From Alphaproteobacteria bacterium (GTDB lineage: Bacteria; Pseudomonadota; Alphaproteobacteria; Methylaequorales; Methylaequoraceae): a DNA stretch of 64,000 bases. The stretch lies in contig JBJKUR010000009.1 of assembly GCA_045563055.1 (NCBI GenBank), forward strand, positions 19,454 through 83,453, written 5' to 3'. Made by a program: the position numbers and the translations under genes. This document shows positions 34,998 through 46,712 of the stretch, in pieces. Within the stretch, counting starts at the first letter, position 1. Each line of letters opens with the position of its first letter. The notes beneath the pieces are model-generated. The model did not search any database. It worked only from the letters and a program-made list of their open reading frames with translations, and was not told the DNA's origin.

Positions 34998-35299
34998 AAA
35001 ATATTTCATCAGAAAAAGCTTATGAAGTTATTAGAAATCCATTGGTATCCGAAAAAGGTACATTTGTTTCTCAATTTAATTTTTATGTATTTAGAGTAGC
35101 AAAAAGTTCAACCAAGTTGGAAATAAAACAAGCAGTAGAAAAACTTTTTAATGTTAAGGTTGTTTCAGTTAATACATTGAACCAAAAGGGGAAAGTAAAA
35201 AGGTTTAGAAACATAAAGGGTAAACGTTCAGATTTTAAAAAAGCCTTCGTCAAGTTGGAAGAAGGAAACACAATAGATACAACTGTTGAGGTGAAGTAA
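34994..35299 (+). CDS. rplW: 50S ribosomal protein L23
   Basis: 101 aa. [14 protein letters not shown]…[21 protein letters not shown]. Confidence 0.9.
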   Translation: MKNISSEKAYEVIRNPLVSEKGTFVSQFNFYVFRVAKSSTKLEIKQAVEKLFNVKVVSVNTLNQKGKVKRFRNIKGKRSDFKKAFVKLEEGNTIDTTVEVK

Positions 35300-35301
35300 A
35301 A

Positions 35302-36126
35302 ATGGGATTAAAACAATTCAAACCAAATACAGCTGGACAAAGGGGTCTTGTTTTAACTGACAAAAGTGACCTTTATAAAGGATCCCCTTTTAAAAAACTC
35401 ACTAAGGGGTTGACAAAAAGTGGTGGTAGAAATAACTTTGGCCATCTGACCTCAAGACGACAAGGTGGAGGTCATAAAAAAAAATACAGAATAATAGATT
35501 TCAAAAGAAATATTTTAGACAAAACTGCTATTGTTGAAAGGATTGAATATGATCCGAACAGAACATCACATATCGCTCTAATTAAATACGATGATGACAT
35601 TTATTCTTACATCATATGTCCTCAAAATTTAAAAGTTGGAGATAAGGTCATTTCATCAGATAAAGCTGAAATAAAAGTTGGAAATTGCATGCAACTTAAA
35701 AACATCCCAACAGACACATTAATCCATAATGTAGAAATGAAACCAGGAAAAGGTGCTCAATTAAATAGATCCGCAGGAACTTACAGCCAATTAATTGGCA
35801 AAGACGCCGAGTATGCTCAAATAAAACTATCGTCAGGTGAAATCAGGGTTGTAAGAATAGAGTGTAGGGCAACAATCGGAATGGTTTCAAATGCAGACAA
35901 CAAAAATATTAAACTTGGCAAAGCTGGACGTAAAAGATGGATGGGTATTAGACCAGTTGTACGTGGAGTGGCAATGAATCCTGTGGATCATCCACATGGT
36001 GGAGGCGAAGGTAGAACATCTGGAGGGAGAAACCCAGTTTCTAGAAAGGGCTTTTCAGCTAAAGGAAAGAAAACAAGAAATAACAAACGAACAGATAAAT
36101 ACATTCTAAGAAGGGGTAAAAAATAA
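35302..36126 (+). CDS. rplB: 50S ribosomal protein L2
   Basis: 274 aa. [19 protein letters not shown]…[11 protein letters not shown]. Confidence 0.95.
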   Translation: MGLKQFKPNTAGQRGLVLTDKSDLYKGSPFKKLTKGLTKSGGRNNFGHLTSRRQGGGHKKKYRIIDFKRNILDKTAIVERIEYDPNRTSHIALIKYDDDIYSYIICPQNLKVGDKVISSDKAEIKVGNCMQLKNIPTDTLIHNVEMKPGKGAQLNRSAGTYSQLIGKDAEYAQIKLSSGEIRVVRIECRATIGMVSNADNKNIKLGKAGRKRWMGIRPVVRGVAMNPVDHPHGGGEGRTSGGRNPVSRKGFSAKGKKTRNNKRTDKYILRRGKK

Positions 36127-36398
36127 TGTCTAGATCAGTTTGGAAAGGACCCTTCGTTGATATGTATTTAATTAAAAAGGCTGAGACCGTAAAAAACTCT
36201 GGAAGAAATGATGTTATTAAAACTTGGTCAAGGAGGTCAACAATACTTCCTGAATTTGTTGGGTTAACTTTTGGGGTACATAATGGAAAAAAACACATTC
36301 CTGTAACTGTAAGTGAAAATATGGTTGGTCATAAATTCGGAGAATTTTCTCCAACAAGAACCTACAAAGGTCATAACGCAGACAAGAAAACGTCATAA
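36126..36398 (+). CDS. rpsS: 30S ribosomal protein S19
   Basis: 90 aa. [11 protein letters not shown]…[16 protein letters not shown]. Confidence 0.95.
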   Translation: MSRSVWKGPFVDMYLIKKAETVKNSGRNDVIKTWSRRSTILPEFVGLTFGVHNGKKHIPVTVSENMVGHKFGEFSPTRTYKGHNADKKTS

Positions 36399-36415
36399 AT
36401 AATAAAGGTAACAAA

Positions 36416-36844
36416 ATGGCAGATAAAACAAATAACGAAGAAAATACTGTGGTGCAAGCAATTGGAAAGTCAATTAAATCAAGTCCAAGAAAAGCAAACG
36501 TGACGCTTAGTCTTATAAGAGGACTCAGGGTTGATAAGGCTATTAATAATTTGGTCTTTTGTAGAAAAAGAATTTCCAACGAAATCCTCAAAATTTTAAA
36601 GTCTGCAATCTCAAACGCTGAAAATAATCATCAGTTGGATATTGATAAGTTGATTGTGAAAGAGGCAAGTGTAGGGAAATCAATGGTTCTTAAAAGATTT
36701 AGACCTAGAGCAAGAGGGAGAGCTGGAAAAATTTTAAAACCTTTTTCTAGAATTAGGATCCTTGTTCAAGAGAAAAACGAAGACGATAAAAAAAAGTTAA
36801 ATGAAAATAAAAAAATAAAGGTGGATGATGGGACAAAAAACTAA
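36416..36844 (+). CDS. rplV: 50S ribosomal protein L22 (with a short K-rich C-terminal tail)
   Basis: 142 aa. [22 protein letters not shown]…. Confidence 0.9.
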   Translation: MADKTNNEENTVVQAIGKSIKSSPRKANVTLSLIRGLRVDKAINNLVFCRKRISNEILKILKSAISNAENNHQLDIDKLIVKEASVGKSMVLKRFRPRARGRAGKILKPFSRIRILVQEKNEDDKKKLNENKKIKVDDGTKN

Positions 36845-37520
36845 CCCAATTGGTTTGCGATTAGGAATAATTAAGTCCTGGGAATCAAGATGGTTCTCAG
36901 AAAAAAGCTATTCGGAATTATTGCAGGAGGATATTAATCTAAGAAAATTTTTACAAAAAAAATTAAGTTCCGCTGGTATATCAAAAATTGTAATCGAAAG
37001 ACCAGCCAAACTGGCAAATATAATATTATATACATCAAGACCAGGAGTAATAATTGGAAAGAAGGGCTCTGATATTGAAAAATTAAAAAAATCAGTATCA
37101 AAAATGGTGAGTGGTGATGTTAATATAAATATAGTGGAAATTAAAAAACCTGAATTGGACTCCCAGTTGGTAGCTGATAATATCGCTCAACAATTGGAGA
37201 AAAGAGTCGCATTCCGTAGGGCTATGAAAAGAGCGGTTCAATCAGCTATGCGGCTTGGAGCTGAGGGAATTAGAGTAAACTGTAGTGGAAGATTGGGTGG
37301 TGCGGAAATTGCCAGAACCGAGTGGTATAGAGAGGGAAGGGTCCCTTTGCATACATTAAGAGCAGATGTCGATTATGGTGTCTCAAGAGCAAATACAACT
37401 TACGGAATTTGTGGAGTTAAAGTCTGGATATTTAAAGGTGAAAAGTTTGATAGAGATGTTAACACTACTGAAAACGATAATAAGATTTCTAATGAAGAGA
37501 TTAAGAAAGTAGAAAAATAA
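36828..37520 (+). CDS. rpsC: 30S ribosomal protein S3
   Basis: [23 protein letters not shown]. The second ATG (36828) matches the canonical S3 N-terminus. The ORF track starts one codon earlier. Confidence 0.9.
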   Translation: MGQKTNPIGLRLGIIKSWESRWFSEKSYSELLQEDINLRKFLQKKLSSAGISKIVIERPAKLANIILYTSRPGVIIGKKGSDIEKLKKSVSKMVSGDVNINIVEIKKPELDSQLVADNIAQQLEKRVAFRRAMKRAVQSAMRLGAEGIRVNCSGRLGGAEIARTEWYREGRVPLHTLRADVDYGVSRANTTYGICGVKVWIFKGEKFDRDVNTTENDNKISNEEIKKVEK

Positions 37521-37521
37521 A

Positions 37522-37935
37522 ATGTTACAACCCAAAAAACCAAAATTTAGAAAACAATTTAAAGGAAGAATGCACGGACTTTCGAAAGGTGGAAATTTTC
37601 TTAATTTTGGTTCTTTCGGATTAAAAGCTCTTACACCAGCTAGAATTACATCTAGACAGATCGAGTCTGCTAGACGTTGCATTTCTAGGCATCTAAAAAG
37701 ATCAGGCAGGGTTTGGATAAGAATCTTTCCGGACGTTCCAATTTCTAAAAAGCCAGCTGAAGTTAGACAAGGTAAAGGAAAGGGTGCAGTGGAGTTTTGG
37801 GCTGCAAAAGTCAAACCAGGTAAGATCCTTTTTGAGATTGACGGTGTTTCAAAGAATCTTGCTGAAGAGGCTTTTGGACTAGCATCAGCTAAACTTCCTA
37901 ATAAAACAAAATTTGTTACAAGGTTAGGTGCATAA
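37522..37935 (+). CDS. rplP: 50S ribosomal protein L16
   Basis: 137 aa. [16 protein letters not shown]…. Confidence 0.95.
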   Translation: MLQPKKPKFRKQFKGRMHGLSKGGNFLNFGSFGLKALTPARITSRQIESARRCISRHLKRSGRVWIRIFPDVPISKKPAEVRQGKGKGAVEFWAAKVKPGKILFEIDGVSKNLAEEAFGLASAKLPNKTKFVTRLGA

Positions 37936-38138
37936 TGGAAAAGTTTTCAGATTTGGTAAAGTTAGATACTAAAACTTTAAAAGAAAAAGTCGGCTTGTTA
38001 AGAAAAGAGTCTCTTAACTTAAGGTTCCAAAAAAGTTCTGGTCAGTTAGAAAAAACCGCAAGAATAAATATTGTAAGGAAGCAAATTGCTAGATTAAAAA
38101 CCGCATTGAATATTCTTAAAGAAAAGGAGAAATCGTAA
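37935..38138 (+). CDS. rpmC: 50S ribosomal protein L29
   Basis: 67 aa coiled-coil protein in the expected S10-operon position. Confidence 0.85.
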   Translation: MEKFSDLVKLDTKTLKEKVGLLRKESLNLRFQKSSGQLEKTARINIVRKQIARLKTALNILKEKEKS

Positions 38139-38140
38139 TT

Positions 38141-38368
38141 ATGCCAAAACGAATTCTAAGAGGTGTTGTCGTATCCGATAAAGCTGATAAAACTATTACA
38201 GTAAAAGTTAACCGTAAAGTTAAGCATCCTGTTTATAAAAAGTATATTAACAGATCCAAAAAGTATTCTGTTCACGACGAGACAAATAAGTGTAAGCTCG
38301 GTGAAATCGTTTCAATACAAGAAAATAAACCTATTTCAAAGACAAAGAAATGGATAGTAATTAACTAG
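38141..38368 (+). CDS. rpsQ: 30S ribosomal protein S17
   Basis: 75 aa. [18 protein letters not shown]. Confidence 0.9.
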   Translation: MPKRILRGVVVSDKADKTITVKVNRKVKHPVYKKYINRSKKYSVHDETNKCKLGEIVSIQENKPISKTKKWIVIN

Positions 38369-38375
38369 AGGTAAT

Positions 38376-38744
38376 ATGATACAAATGCAATCAAATCTGC
38401 TAGTTGCAGACAATTCTGGAGCCAAAAAAGTTCAGTGTATTAAGGTTTTGGGTGGATCAAAAAGAAGGTTTGCATCAGTTGGTGATGTCATTGTCATCAC
38501 AGTAAAAGATGCTATCCCTAGAGGTAAGGTGAAAAAAGGTGAAATACACAAAGCAGTTATTGTAAGAACTGCTAAAGAAGTTTATAGATCAGATGGATCC
38601 TCAATAAGATTTGACAGAAACGCAGCTGTTCTTATTAATAATAATGGTGAACCTCTTGGAACTAGAATTTTCGGCCCTGTCACCAGAGAGTTAAGAGCAA
38701 AGAAGTATATGAAAATCATCTCTTTAGCTCCGGAGGTTCTTTAG
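38376..38744 (+). CDS. rplN: 50S ribosomal protein L14
   Basis: 122 aa. [27 protein letters not shown]. Confidence 0.95.
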   Translation: MIQMQSNLLVADNSGAKKVQCIKVLGGSKRRFASVGDVIVITVKDAIPRGKVKKGEIHKAVIVRTAKEVYRSDGSSIRFDRNAAVLINNNGEPLGTRIFGPVTRELRAKKYMKIISLAPEVL

Positions 38745-38746
38745 CA

Positions 38747-39071
38747 ATGGCATCTAAAATTAAAAAAGGAGATAATGTCTTCATTCTTACCGGGAAAGAC
38801 AAAGGGAAAACAGGAAAGGTTCTTAAAGTCATTAAAAATTCAACTATTCAAGACAAAGTAATTGTAGAAGGTGTAAATATTGTAAAAAAACATACCAAAC
38901 AATCAGCCTAGTCAAAAAGGGGGTATAGAGAGTGTAGAGATGCCTATTTACATAAGTAATTTATCGATAGTTGACCCCAAGACTTCTAAGCCATCAAGAA
39001 TTGGATTTAAGATTTTAAAAGATGGGAAAAAAGTAAGATTTGCAAAGAAATCTGGAGAAACTCTGAGTTAA
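38747..39071 (+). CDS. rplX: 50S ribosomal protein L24, with an apparent +1 frameshift between about 38885 and 38911
   Basis: The N-terminal 54 codons ([25 protein letters not shown]…[15 protein letters not shown]) end at TAG 38909. The L24 C-terminus ([55 protein letters not shown]) continues in the +1 frame to TAA 39069-39071, 8 nt before rplE. The six-frame track missed this gene entirely. Confidence 0.75.
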
Positions 39072-39078
39072 CAAGATT

Positions 39079-39618
39079 ATGGCAAGATTAGCAGAAAAAT
39101 ATAACACTCAAATTAAAGACCATTTAAAAAATAAGCTTGGTTTAAAAAATATTTTTGAAGTTCCAAAAATAGAAAAAATAACAGTCAATATTGGTGTCGG
39201 AGAAGCCGTTTCTGATTCTAAAATAATAAACAAGGCTATAGAAGACTTAACATTGATTACTGGTCAAAAACCAGTTGTAACTAAAGCTAAGAAATCTATA
39301 GCCGGATTTAAACTCAGACAAGGCCTTAGCATTGGATGTAAGGTAACGTTAAGAAAAAAAAGAATGTATGAATTTTTAGATAGGCTTGTTTTTATAGCTT
39401 TGCCAAGAGTCAGAGATTTTAAAGGTTTATCAAAAAAATCATTTGATGGTTCAGGAAATTATTCAATCGGGATTAAAGAGCAAATAATTTTTCCAGAAAT
39501 TAATTATGATAAAATTGACAAAGTTAGAGGTATGGATATCACAATCGTAACATCTACTTCTAATGAGGAACATTCATACGAGTTGTTAAAAAGTTTTAAT
39601 TTACCATTTAAAGATTAA
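39079..39618 (+). CDS. rplE: 50S ribosomal protein L5
   Basis: 179 aa. Confidence 0.95.
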   Translation: MARLAEKYNTQIKDHLKNKLGLKNIFEVPKIEKITVNIGVGEAVSDSKIINKAIEDLTLITGQKPVVTKAKKSIAGFKLRQGLSIGCKVTLRKKRMYEFLDRLVFIALPRVRDFKGLSKKSFDGSGNYSIGIKEQIIFPEINYDKIDKVRGMDITIVTSTSNEEHSYELLKSFNLPFKD

Positions 39619-39630
39619 GGAGAAATACAT

Positions 39631-39936
39631 ATGTCAAAGTTAAGTATCATTGAAAGAAATAAAAAAAGAATAAAGCTTTATAATAAATACAAAAATAAAC
39701 ATAAGAAGCTTTTAAAGCTAGCTAACAATAAAAAGGTTAGCCCGGATGAGCAATTTAAAGCTAGACTTCAATTATCTAAAATACCAAGAAATGCATCAAA
39801 AGTTAGAATTAGAAATAGGTGTGCGCTAACAGGAAGAGCAAGAGGTGTCTATAGGAAGTTTAAATTATCTAGAATTGCTTTTAGGGAATTGGCTTCAATT
39901 GGTCAAATTCCAGGAATAACGAAGTCAAGCTGGTAG
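39631..39936 (+). CDS. rpsN: 30S ribosomal protein S14
   Basis: 101 aa, long non-zinc form. [26 protein letters not shown]. Confidence 0.9.
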   Translation: MSKLSIIERNKKRIKLYNKYKNKHKKLLKLANNKKVSPDEQFKARLQLSKIPRNASKVRIRNRCALTGRARGVYRKFKLSRIAFRELASIGQIPGITKSSW

Positions 39937-39957
39937 AAATTAGAAAGGAATTAAGAT

Positions 39958-40356
39958 ATGAGTTTGTCAGACCCACTCGGTGATATGTTAACAAGGATCA
40001 GAAATGGTCAGCTTCGTAAGAAGGAGGTTGTATTAATGCCCGCATCCAGGTTTAGAGGTAATGTCCTTGATGTTTTACACAGAGAAGGCTATATAAGGGG
40101 ATTCAAGCAAATTGAGCTGGATAATCAAAAAAACAACTTCCAAATAGAACTTAAATATGTTGATGGAGAACCTGTTATTAAGGAAATTTCCAGGGTATCT
40201 ACACCAGGAAGACGTGTTTATTCAAAAATAGGAGACCTACAAAGAAACTTTGACGGTTTAGGAATATCAATATTATCCACCTCTAAGGGTGTTTTGTCTG
40301 ATAGTGAAGCTAGAGACGAAAACGTTGGTGGTGAAATTTTATGTAAGGTATTTTAG
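39958..40356 (+). CDS. rpsH: 30S ribosomal protein S8
   Basis: 132 aa. DPLGDMLTRIRNG. Confidence 0.95.
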   Translation: MSLSDPLGDMLTRIRNGQLRKKEVVLMPASRFRGNVLDVLHREGYIRGFKQIELDNQKNNFQIELKYVDGEPVIKEISRVSTPGRRVYSKIGDLQRNFDGLGISILSTSKGVLSDSEARDENVGGEILCKVF

Positions 40357-40366
40357 GAGAAATTAA

Positions 40367-40900
40367 ATGTCTAGAAGTGGAAGAGTCCCAATAAATATTC
40401 CAGAAAACACTGAAGTAAAAATTGAAAACAACATTATTACAGCTAAAGGAAAGTTGGGTGAGCTATCTTTTGATTTTAAATCAGATGCAAAAGTAGAAAT
40501 TAAAGAAAATTCTATTCATATAACAAAGCTCGGAAGTTCAATTTTTAGTCAAAAAATGTGGGGTACAGTTCGCTCCAGAGTAAATAATATAGTAGATGGA
40601 GTTTCAAAGGGTTATTCTAAAGAACTTGAATTAAATGGTGTTGGTTATAAGGCAACACAAAAAGGAAAGGTTTTGGAATTACTACTTGGATACTCTCATC
40701 CAATAAATTTTGATATTCCAGATGATCTCCAAATTGAAGTTCCCAAACCAACTCAAATAAAAATATCTGGAATCGACAAACAAAGAGTAGGGCAAGTGGC
40801 TGCAAATATAAGATCTTTTAGAAAACCTGAGCCATATAAAGGGAAAGGTGTGAAATATAAAGAAGAAATTATCAGAAGGAAAGAGGGTAAGAAAAAATAA
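40367..40900 (+). CDS. rplF: 50S ribosomal protein L6
   Basis: 177 aa. Confidence 0.95.
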   Translation: MSRSGRVPINIPENTEVKIENNIITAKGKLGELSFDFKSDAKVEIKENSIHITKLGSSIFSQKMWGTVRSRVNNIVDGVSKGYSKELELNGVGYKATQKGKVLELLLGYSHPINFDIPDDLQIEVPKPTQIKISGIDKQRVGQVAANIRSFRKPEPYKGKGVKYKEEIIRRKEGKKK

Positions 40901-41250
40901 TGTCTAAAACAAATCCTATTATTAAAAGAAGAAAACGTATAAGAGCAAAGATTAAGTCTAAATTAAATCTCAGACTATCAGCTTTTAGATCTTCAAAGCA
41001 CATATATATACAAGTTATTGATGATAAAACTGGTAAAACTTTAATCGCAGCTTCTTCACATGACAAGGTTTTTAAAGATCAGAAATTCAAACCAAAAGAA
41101 ATTGCTTTTAAAGTTGGAGAAAAACTTGGAGAAATGATAAAAGAAAAGAAATTTAAAGAAAGCTTCACATTTGATAGAAGTGGTTACCTATATCATGGAA
41201 GAGTAAAGGAGCTAGCAATGGGGATAAGATCAAAAGGTATAAAATTTTAG
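40900..41250 (+). CDS. rplR: 50S ribosomal protein L18
   Basis: 116 aa. Confidence 0.9.
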   Translation: MSKTNPIIKRRKRIRAKIKSKLNLRLSAFRSSKHIYIQVIDDKTGKTLIAASSHDKVFKDQKFKPKEIAFKVGEKLGEMIKEKKFKESFTFDRSGYLYHGRVKELAMGIRSKGIKF

Positions 41251-41258
41251 GAATTGAG

Positions 41259-42110
41259 ATGGTAGACAAAATAGAAAAAAATAATAAAAAAACGAATGAT
41301 ACTGACCAATCTAATATTGAAAATAAGATTGCCAAAGAAAAATCAAATGAAATAAAGAAAGACACAGAAGTTAAGACCCCCCAGGTTGCTCAAACAATTT
41401 CTGATGAAAAAAAACAATCGGAAGAAAAATTAAAGCTTAATAAAGAAAATGGTCAAGCTTCTAATAACAGTCAGACAAAAACTTTAACTTCTAATAAAAG
41501 TAAACAAAAAAAAACTAACGATAATGAGAAAAAGACATCAGAAGTAAAAAGAAGTCAAAGTGAAACTGGTGATAAATTTAATGATCAAAATGAGTTTATT
41601 GAAAAATTGGTAAGTATAAATAGAGTTGCAAAAGTTGTTAAGGGTGGAAGAAGATTTAGTTTTGCTGCATTGGTTGTCGTAGGAGATGGAAATGGGATGG
41701 TAGGACATGGAAAAGGAAAAGCAAAGGAAGTTCCTGAAGCCATAAAAAAAGCCACTGAGGAAGCGAAGAATAAAATGATTAGAGTTCCGCTGAGGCAAGG
41801 TAGGACATTGCATCACGATATAAAAGGAAGATTTGATTCTGGTAAAGTCTATTTAAGAAGTGCTCCTTCAGGCACAGGAGTCATAGCTGGAGGACCAATG
41901 AGAGCTGTTTTTGAAGCTCTTGGTATTCAAGACATTGTGGCTAAATCCGTTGGAACTTCTAATCCTCACAATATGGTTAGAGCCACTTTTGAGGCGCTAA
42001 AAGTTGCATCTTCACCAAAAATTATTGCTATGAGAAGAGGTCTGAAAATTAATGACATAACAAAACGTAGAAAAAATTCTCAACAAGGTAACGATAATGT
42101 CAAAAATTAA
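41259..42110 (+). CDS. rpsE: 30S ribosomal protein S5, with an approximately 110-aa K/E/N-rich N-terminal extension
   Basis: 283 aa. The S5 core starts near [30 protein letters not shown]. The extension is in frame from an ATG 8 nt after rplR and preceded by AGGA, with no internal start candidate. Confidence 0.85.
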   Translation: MVDKIEKNNKKTNDTDQSNIENKIAKEKSNEIKKDTEVKTPQVAQTISDEKKQSEEKLKLNKENGQASNNSQTKTLTSNKSKQKKTNDNEKKTSEVKRSQSETGDKFNDQNEFIEKLVSINRVAKVVKGGRRFSFAALVVVGDGNGMVGHGKGKAKEVPEAIKKATEEAKNKMIRVPLRQGRTLHHDIKGRFDSGKVYLRSAPSGTGVIAGGPMRAVFEALGIQDIVAKSVGTSNPHNMVRATFEALKVASSPKIIAMRRGLKINDITKRRKNSQQGNDNVKN

Positions 42111-42279
42111 AATTAAACAAACCAAAAGTCCAATTGGCAGAAATGCAAACCAGAGACAAATTTTAATTAGTCTCGGTCTTAATAAGATTAATAGGGAGAG
42201 GGTTTTAGTTGATAATCCTGCAGTTCAAGGAATGATTGATAAGGTAAAACATTTAATAATTGTAGAGCAGGTGAAATAG
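42097..42279 (+). CDS. rpmD: 50S ribosomal protein L30
   Basis: 60 aa. [25 protein letters not shown]. Confidence 0.9.
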   Translation: MSKIKIKQTKSPIGRNANQRQILISLGLNKINRERVLVDNPAVQGMIDKVKHLIIVEQVK

Positions 42280-42280
42280 C

Positions 42281-42907
42281 ATGAAGCTTAATGAAATTAA
42301 AAATGAAACTAAAAATAAGTCGAGAAAGCGTATTGCGAGGGGAATAGGCTCTGGGAAAGGAAAAACTGGAGGTAGAGGGATCAAAGGGCAGAAGTCTAGA
42401 ACTGGTGTGTCAATAAATGGTTTTGAAGGTGGTCAAATGCCTTTGCATATGAGAATGCCAAAGCATGGGTTTAAATCTAGAAAGAGGCAAAAAAAAACTA
42501 TTTTAAAAACAGACTTTTTAAATAATTTGATAGAAAAAAAAGTTATTAAAGAAAGTACTAAATTGACTATTGACGATTTGATTAACCACTCAAATTCAAA
42601 ACAGAATGTTTTTATTAAACTTCTATTAGGCCAAAAGCTTACCAAAGTATTTAATATCGAATCCCATGCCGTATCGGAGTCAGCCAAGAAAGAAATTGAA
42701 AGAGCTGGTGGATCTGTAAGTATTGTGAAATTTAAGAAAAAAAACAAAGAATTAACAGATAAAAATGTTACGCAAGTCAAAAAAGAAACTACAAATGATT
42801 CTGAAATAAAAGAGAAAAAAACTAAGGCTAAAAAAAAAGTTGGAGACGAACAAAAGAAAGTCCCCAAGAAAAAAACAAATAAAGCACCAAGTAAAAAGGA
42901 AAGCTAA
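42281..42907 (+). CDS. rplO: 50S ribosomal protein L15 (with an approximately 55-aa lysine-rich C-terminal tail)
   Basis: 208 aa. [12 protein letters not shown]…[14 protein letters not shown]. Confidence 0.9.
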   Translation: MKLNEIKNETKNKSRKRIARGIGSGKGKTGGRGIKGQKSRTGVSINGFEGGQMPLHMRMPKHGFKSRKRQKKTILKTDFLNNLIEKKVIKESTKLTIDDLINHSNSKQNVFIKLLLGQKLTKVFNIESHAVSESAKKEIERAGGSVSIVKFKKKNKELTDKNVTQVKKETTNDSEIKEKKTKAKKKVGDEQKKVPKKKTNKAPSKKES

Positions 42908-42912
42908 TATCA

Positions 42913-44253
42913 ATGGCATCTGTTTCAGAACAAATATCATCAAGAATTAATTTCGGATCTATAACCAAAGCCGATGATTTAAAAAAAAGAATTCTCTTTA
43001 CTTTATTGGCATTGATTGTCTACAGAATTGGTTCATATATCCCAATTCCTGGGATTGATCCAGTTGCACTTGAAAAAGTTTTTGAAAGGAATGTTGGAGG
43101 AATACTTGGAATGTTTGACATGTTTGCAGGCGGAGCACTTGGAAGGATGACAATTTTCGCTCTTAATATAATGCCATATATTTCAGCAAGTATTATTATG
43201 CAACTTCTAACAGTAATATCTCCGCAGCTTGAACAGTTAAAAAAAGAAGGTGAATTGGGTAGAAAAAAAATCAATCAATACGCTAGGTATGGGACTGTAT
43301 TTTTGGCAACAGTTCAAGGTTATGGGGTCGCAGTTGGTGTGGAAAATATGTCAAATAGTCAGGGCTTACAAGCAGTGATGGATCCTGGCATGTTTTTTAG
43401 ATTCGTAACTGTAATTACTTTAGTTGCTGGAACTCTTTTTCTTGTATGGTTAGGAGAACAAATCACTCAGCGAGGGATTGGTAATGGTATTTCTCTAATA
43501 ATTTTCACCGGTATTGTAGCTCAACTTCCTCTAGCATTAAGTTCCACCTTTGAGTTAGGAAGGACTGGAGCATTATCTACTTTATTTATTGTATTTCTTT
43601 TAGTTATGGCTGTGGCTGTTATTGCTTTCATGGTTTTTGTTGAAAGAGCTCAAAGAAGAATAACAATTCAATATCCAAAAAGACAACCTGGTGCTGGAAA
43701 CAGAGTAGCTGAATCTTCTCATTTACCTTTAAAAATCAATACTGCAGGTGTAATTCCTCCTATATTTGCAAGTTCACTATTACTTTTACCAATAACTTTC
43801 GTAAGTTTTAACGCTGGTGCAGGTCCTGAGTGGCTAAATACAATAAGCCTTTTTCTCAGTAGGGGACACCCTGTATATTTAACTGTCTACATATCAATGA
43901 TAATATTCTTTGCATTCTTCTATACAGCCATTGTTTTTAACCCTAAAGACACTGCCGACAACTTAAAGAAATATGGTGGGTTTGTTCCTGGAATTAGACC
44001 AGGAGAAAATACTGCAAATTACCTGGACTTTATTTTAACAAGATTAACTGTTTTAGGTGCTACTTACCTTGCATTAATATGCCTATTACCAGAACTACTT
44101 ATTTCAAAATACAAAGTTCCGTTTTACTTTGGTGGAACAAGCTTGTTGATTGTTGTCAGTGTGACAATGGATACTGTCAATCAAATACAGTCATATTTGC
44201 TTGCTCATCAATATGAAGGGCTGATTAGGAAGTCAAATCTCAGAAGAAGATGA
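42913..44253 (+). CDS. secY: Preprotein translocase subunit SecY
   Basis: 446 aa, 10 TM segments, with canonical SecY motifs. Confidence 0.95.
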   Translation: MASVSEQISSRINFGSITKADDLKKRILFTLLALIVYRIGSYIPIPGIDPVALEKVFERNVGGILGMFDMFAGGALGRMTIFALNIMPYISASIIMQLLTVISPQLEQLKKEGELGRKKINQYARYGTVFLATVQGYGVAVGVENMSNSQGLQAVMDPGMFFRFVTVITLVAGTLFLVWLGEQITQRGIGNGISLIIFTGIVAQLPLALSSTFELGRTGALSTLFIVFLLVMAVAVIAFMVFVERAQRRITIQYPKRQPGAGNRVAESSHLPLKINTAGVIPPIFASSLLLLPITFVSFNAGAGPEWLNTISLFLSRGHPVYLTVYISMIIFFAFFYTAIVFNPKDTADNLKKYGGFVPGIRPGENTANYLDFILTRLTVLGATYLALICLLPELLISKYKVPFYFGGTSLLIVVSVTMDTVNQIQSYLLAHQYEGLIRKSNLRRR

Positions 44254-44825
44254 AACGAATAGTATTACTAGGTCCACCAGGTTGTGGTAAAGGAACTCAA
44301 TCAAATCTTCTTGTAAAAAATAATGGTTTTATACAACTATCTACAGGTGATTTGTTGAGGGAAGAAACGTCTAATAAAAGCTCTGAATTGGGTCAAAAGA
44401 TAAACAAATTAATGGAAATTGGAGAGCTTGTTCCTGATGAAATAGTTATTAGTATGGTAGTTGAGAAAGTTAAAAAACATCAAGATAAGAGCATAATTTT
44501 TGACGGCTTTCCTAGAAATTTAAATCAAGCTAAAGTCTTGGATGAATCGCTAAAAAGCATCTCTTCAGAACTTGATCATGTCATTCTTTTTGAGGTTGAT
44601 TTTGACATTTTAAGAGAGAGGATAAAAAAAAGAATTGAAGAGTCAAATAATCAGTCAGTAAGAAAAGACGATAATTCAGAGACATTATTAAAAAGAATTG
44701 AAGTTTATAAAGTTTCTACTTTACCAATAGTTAATTACTATCATGAAAAAAATTTATTAAATAAAATAAACGGGATGGAAGATATTGAAAAAGTTAATTT
44801 TAAAATTTTAAAGATTATTAGTTAG
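44250..44825 (+). CDS. adk: Adenylate kinase
   Basis: 191 aa. P-loop GPPGCGKGTQ. Short-lid form. Confidence 0.9.
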   Translation: MKRIVLLGPPGCGKGTQSNLLVKNNGFIQLSTGDLLREETSNKSSELGQKINKLMEIGELVPDEIVISMVVEKVKKHQDKSIIFDGFPRNLNQAKVLDESLKSISSELDHVILFEVDFDILRERIKKRIEESNNQSVRKDDNSETLLKRIEVYKVSTLPIVNYYHEKNLLNKINGMEDIEKVNFKILKIIS

Positions 44826-44829
44826 CGTG

Positions 44830-44857
44830 TTGACTTAAAATCAAAAGAAAATATAAT
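44830..44857 (+). promoter_or_regulatory. Sigma-70-type promoter for the rpsM-rpsK-rpoA-rplQ (alpha) operon
   Basis: TTGACT, a 16-nt spacer, then TATAAT (44852-44857), about 30 nt upstream of rpsM. Confidence 0.5.
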
Positions 44858-44886
44858 CCAGTTTTGTATTTATTGAGAGTATCTAA

Positions 44887-45261
44887 ATGGCTAGAATAGC
44901 AGGTGTTAATGTCCCAGGTAATAAAAGGTTAGAGATATCTTTGACTTATATATATGGAATAGGTCCAAAGTTTGCTAAAGACATATGTGAATCCGTCAAA
45001 ATAAGCTCTAGTAAAATAGTGAACGAACTTAATGAGGATGAAATAATCAAGATAAGAGAATTCATAGACAAAAATTTTTTAGTCGAGGGTGACTTGAGAA
45101 GGGAAATTTCAGTAAGAATTAAAAGGCTTACAGACCTAGGTTGTTACAGAGGTCTCAGACATAGAAAAAAACTTCCAGTTCGAGGTCAAAGAACTCATAC
45201 AAATGCAAGAACTAGAAAAGGTAAAGCAGTTCCAATCGCTGGTAAGAAGAAGGCAGTTTAA
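44887..45261 (+). CDS. rpsM: 30S ribosomal protein S13
   Basis: 124 aa. [14 protein letters not shown]. Confidence 0.95.
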   Translation: MARIAGVNVPGNKRLEISLTYIYGIGPKFAKDICESVKISSSKIVNELNEDEIIKIREFIDKNFLVEGDLRREISVRIKRLTDLGCYRGLRHRKKLPVRGQRTHTNARTRKGKAVPIAGKKKAV

Positions 45262-45266
45262 TTAAG

Positions 45267-45656
45267 ATGGTAAACAAAAATTCAAAAACCAAAAAAAAAG
45301 TTAAAAAAAACATTGCCTCAGGAATAGCTCATATAAATTCAACATTTAATAACACTATTGTAACAATAACCGATAATACTGGTAATACAATTTCCTGGTC
45401 ATCATCAGGAAATAAGGGATTTAAAGGATCTAGGAAATCAACACCTTTTGCGGCACAGTTAGCTGCAGAGGAAGCTGGAAAGAAAGCTATGGAGCACGGT
45501 ATGAAACATGTAGAAGTTGTAATCAAAGGGCCTGGAAATGGAAGAGAATCTGCAATTAGAGCTTTGGGAGCTACGGGACTTAGCATTACTGTAATAAAAG
45601 ATATTACGCCTATCCCTCATAACGGTTGTAGGCCGTCAAAAAGAAGAAGAGTATAG
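45267..45656 (+). CDS. rpsK: 30S ribosomal protein S11
   Basis: 129 aa. Confidence 0.95.
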   Translation: MVNKNSKTKKKVKKNIASGIAHINSTFNNTIVTITDNTGNTISWSSSGNKGFKGSRKSTPFAAQLAAEEAGKKAMEHGMKHVEVVIKGPGNGRESAIRALGATGLSITVIKDITPIPHNGCRPSKRRRV

Positions 45657-45684
45657 TGCAAATTTTTAACAGAAGGAAATATTA

Positions 45685-46698
45685 GTGATAAATAAAAACT
45701 GGAAAGAACTTATCAAACCGAAAAAAATAGAATTTACTAGGCATAAAGATAATTCAACATCTGCAGAATTAATTGCTGAACCGTTGGAAAGTGGTTATGG
45801 CCAAACCCTCGGAAATATGTTGAGGAGAGTAATGTTATCTTCAATTAGAGGAGCTGCAATAACTTCAATTCAAATAGAAGGCATTACCCATGAGTTTTCA
45901 GCTATCCCAGGAGTAATTGAGGATGTAACAGATATAATTCTTAATATTAAACAATTGGCACTTAAATTAAATGACGTGGAGTCTACTAAAATTTACATTA
46001 AGGCAGATGGCCCGAAAGAAATTAAAGCAGGTGATATTGAGTGTGGATCTCATGTTGAGGTTTTAAATAAAGAACTCCACCTTTTAACACTTGATTCAAA
46101 AGCAAAAATTAATATAACCCTTAACGTTGAAGAGGGTAAAGGGTATGTTCCAGCTTTAAAACAAAAGAACGAAGCTCCATTAGGAACTATCTTTATAGAC
46201 TCTTTTTTTTCACCAGTTAGAAGAGTTTCGTTTAGGGTTGAAAATTCAAGAGTTGGCCAGGTTACAGACTATGATAAACTTATAATGAATATAGAAACCA
46301 ATGGATCAGTAATACCTGAGGATTCGGTAGCCTATGCAGCTAGAATCATTGATGAACAACTAAAAATGTTTATAAACTTCGAAGAACCCGTCGAGGAAGT
46401 TGTAGCCCCAGCAACAGAAGAGCCTGCTTTAAACGTTAATCTTCTAAGAAAGGTCGAGGAACTTGAGCTATCTGTTAGATCAGCTAACTGTCTTAAAAAC
46501 GATGAGATAATATATATAGGTGATCTTGTTCAAAAAACTGAATCTGAGATGCTAAGAACACCAAACTTTGGAAGAAAATCTCTAAATGAAATTAAAGAGA
46601 TACTTTCTACAATGAATCTTGAGTTAGGAATGAAAATAGAGGGCTGGCCGCCTGAAAATATTGAAGAGATCAGACGCAAACTCGATGACCCATATTAA
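45685..46698 (+). CDS. rpoA: DNA-directed RNA polymerase alpha subunit
   Basis: 337 aa. GTG start after RBS GAAGGA. NTD and CTD motifs. Confidence 0.9.
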   Translation: MINKNWKELIKPKKIEFTRHKDNSTSAELIAEPLESGYGQTLGNMLRRVMLSSIRGAAITSIQIEGITHEFSAIPGVIEDVTDIILNIKQLALKLNDVESTKIYIKADGPKEIKAGDIECGSHVEVLNKELHLLTLDSKAKINITLNVEEGKGYVPALKQKNEAPLGTIFIDSFFSPVRRVSFRVENSRVGQVTDYDKLIMNIETNGSVIPEDSVAYAARIIDEQLKMFINFEEPVEEVVAPATEEPALNVNLLRKVEELELSVRSANCLKNDEIIYIGDLVQKTESEMLRTPNFGRKSLNEIKEILSTMNLELGMKIEGWPPENIEEIRRKLDDPY

Positions 46699-46712
46699 TA
46701 AAAGAGAAAAAA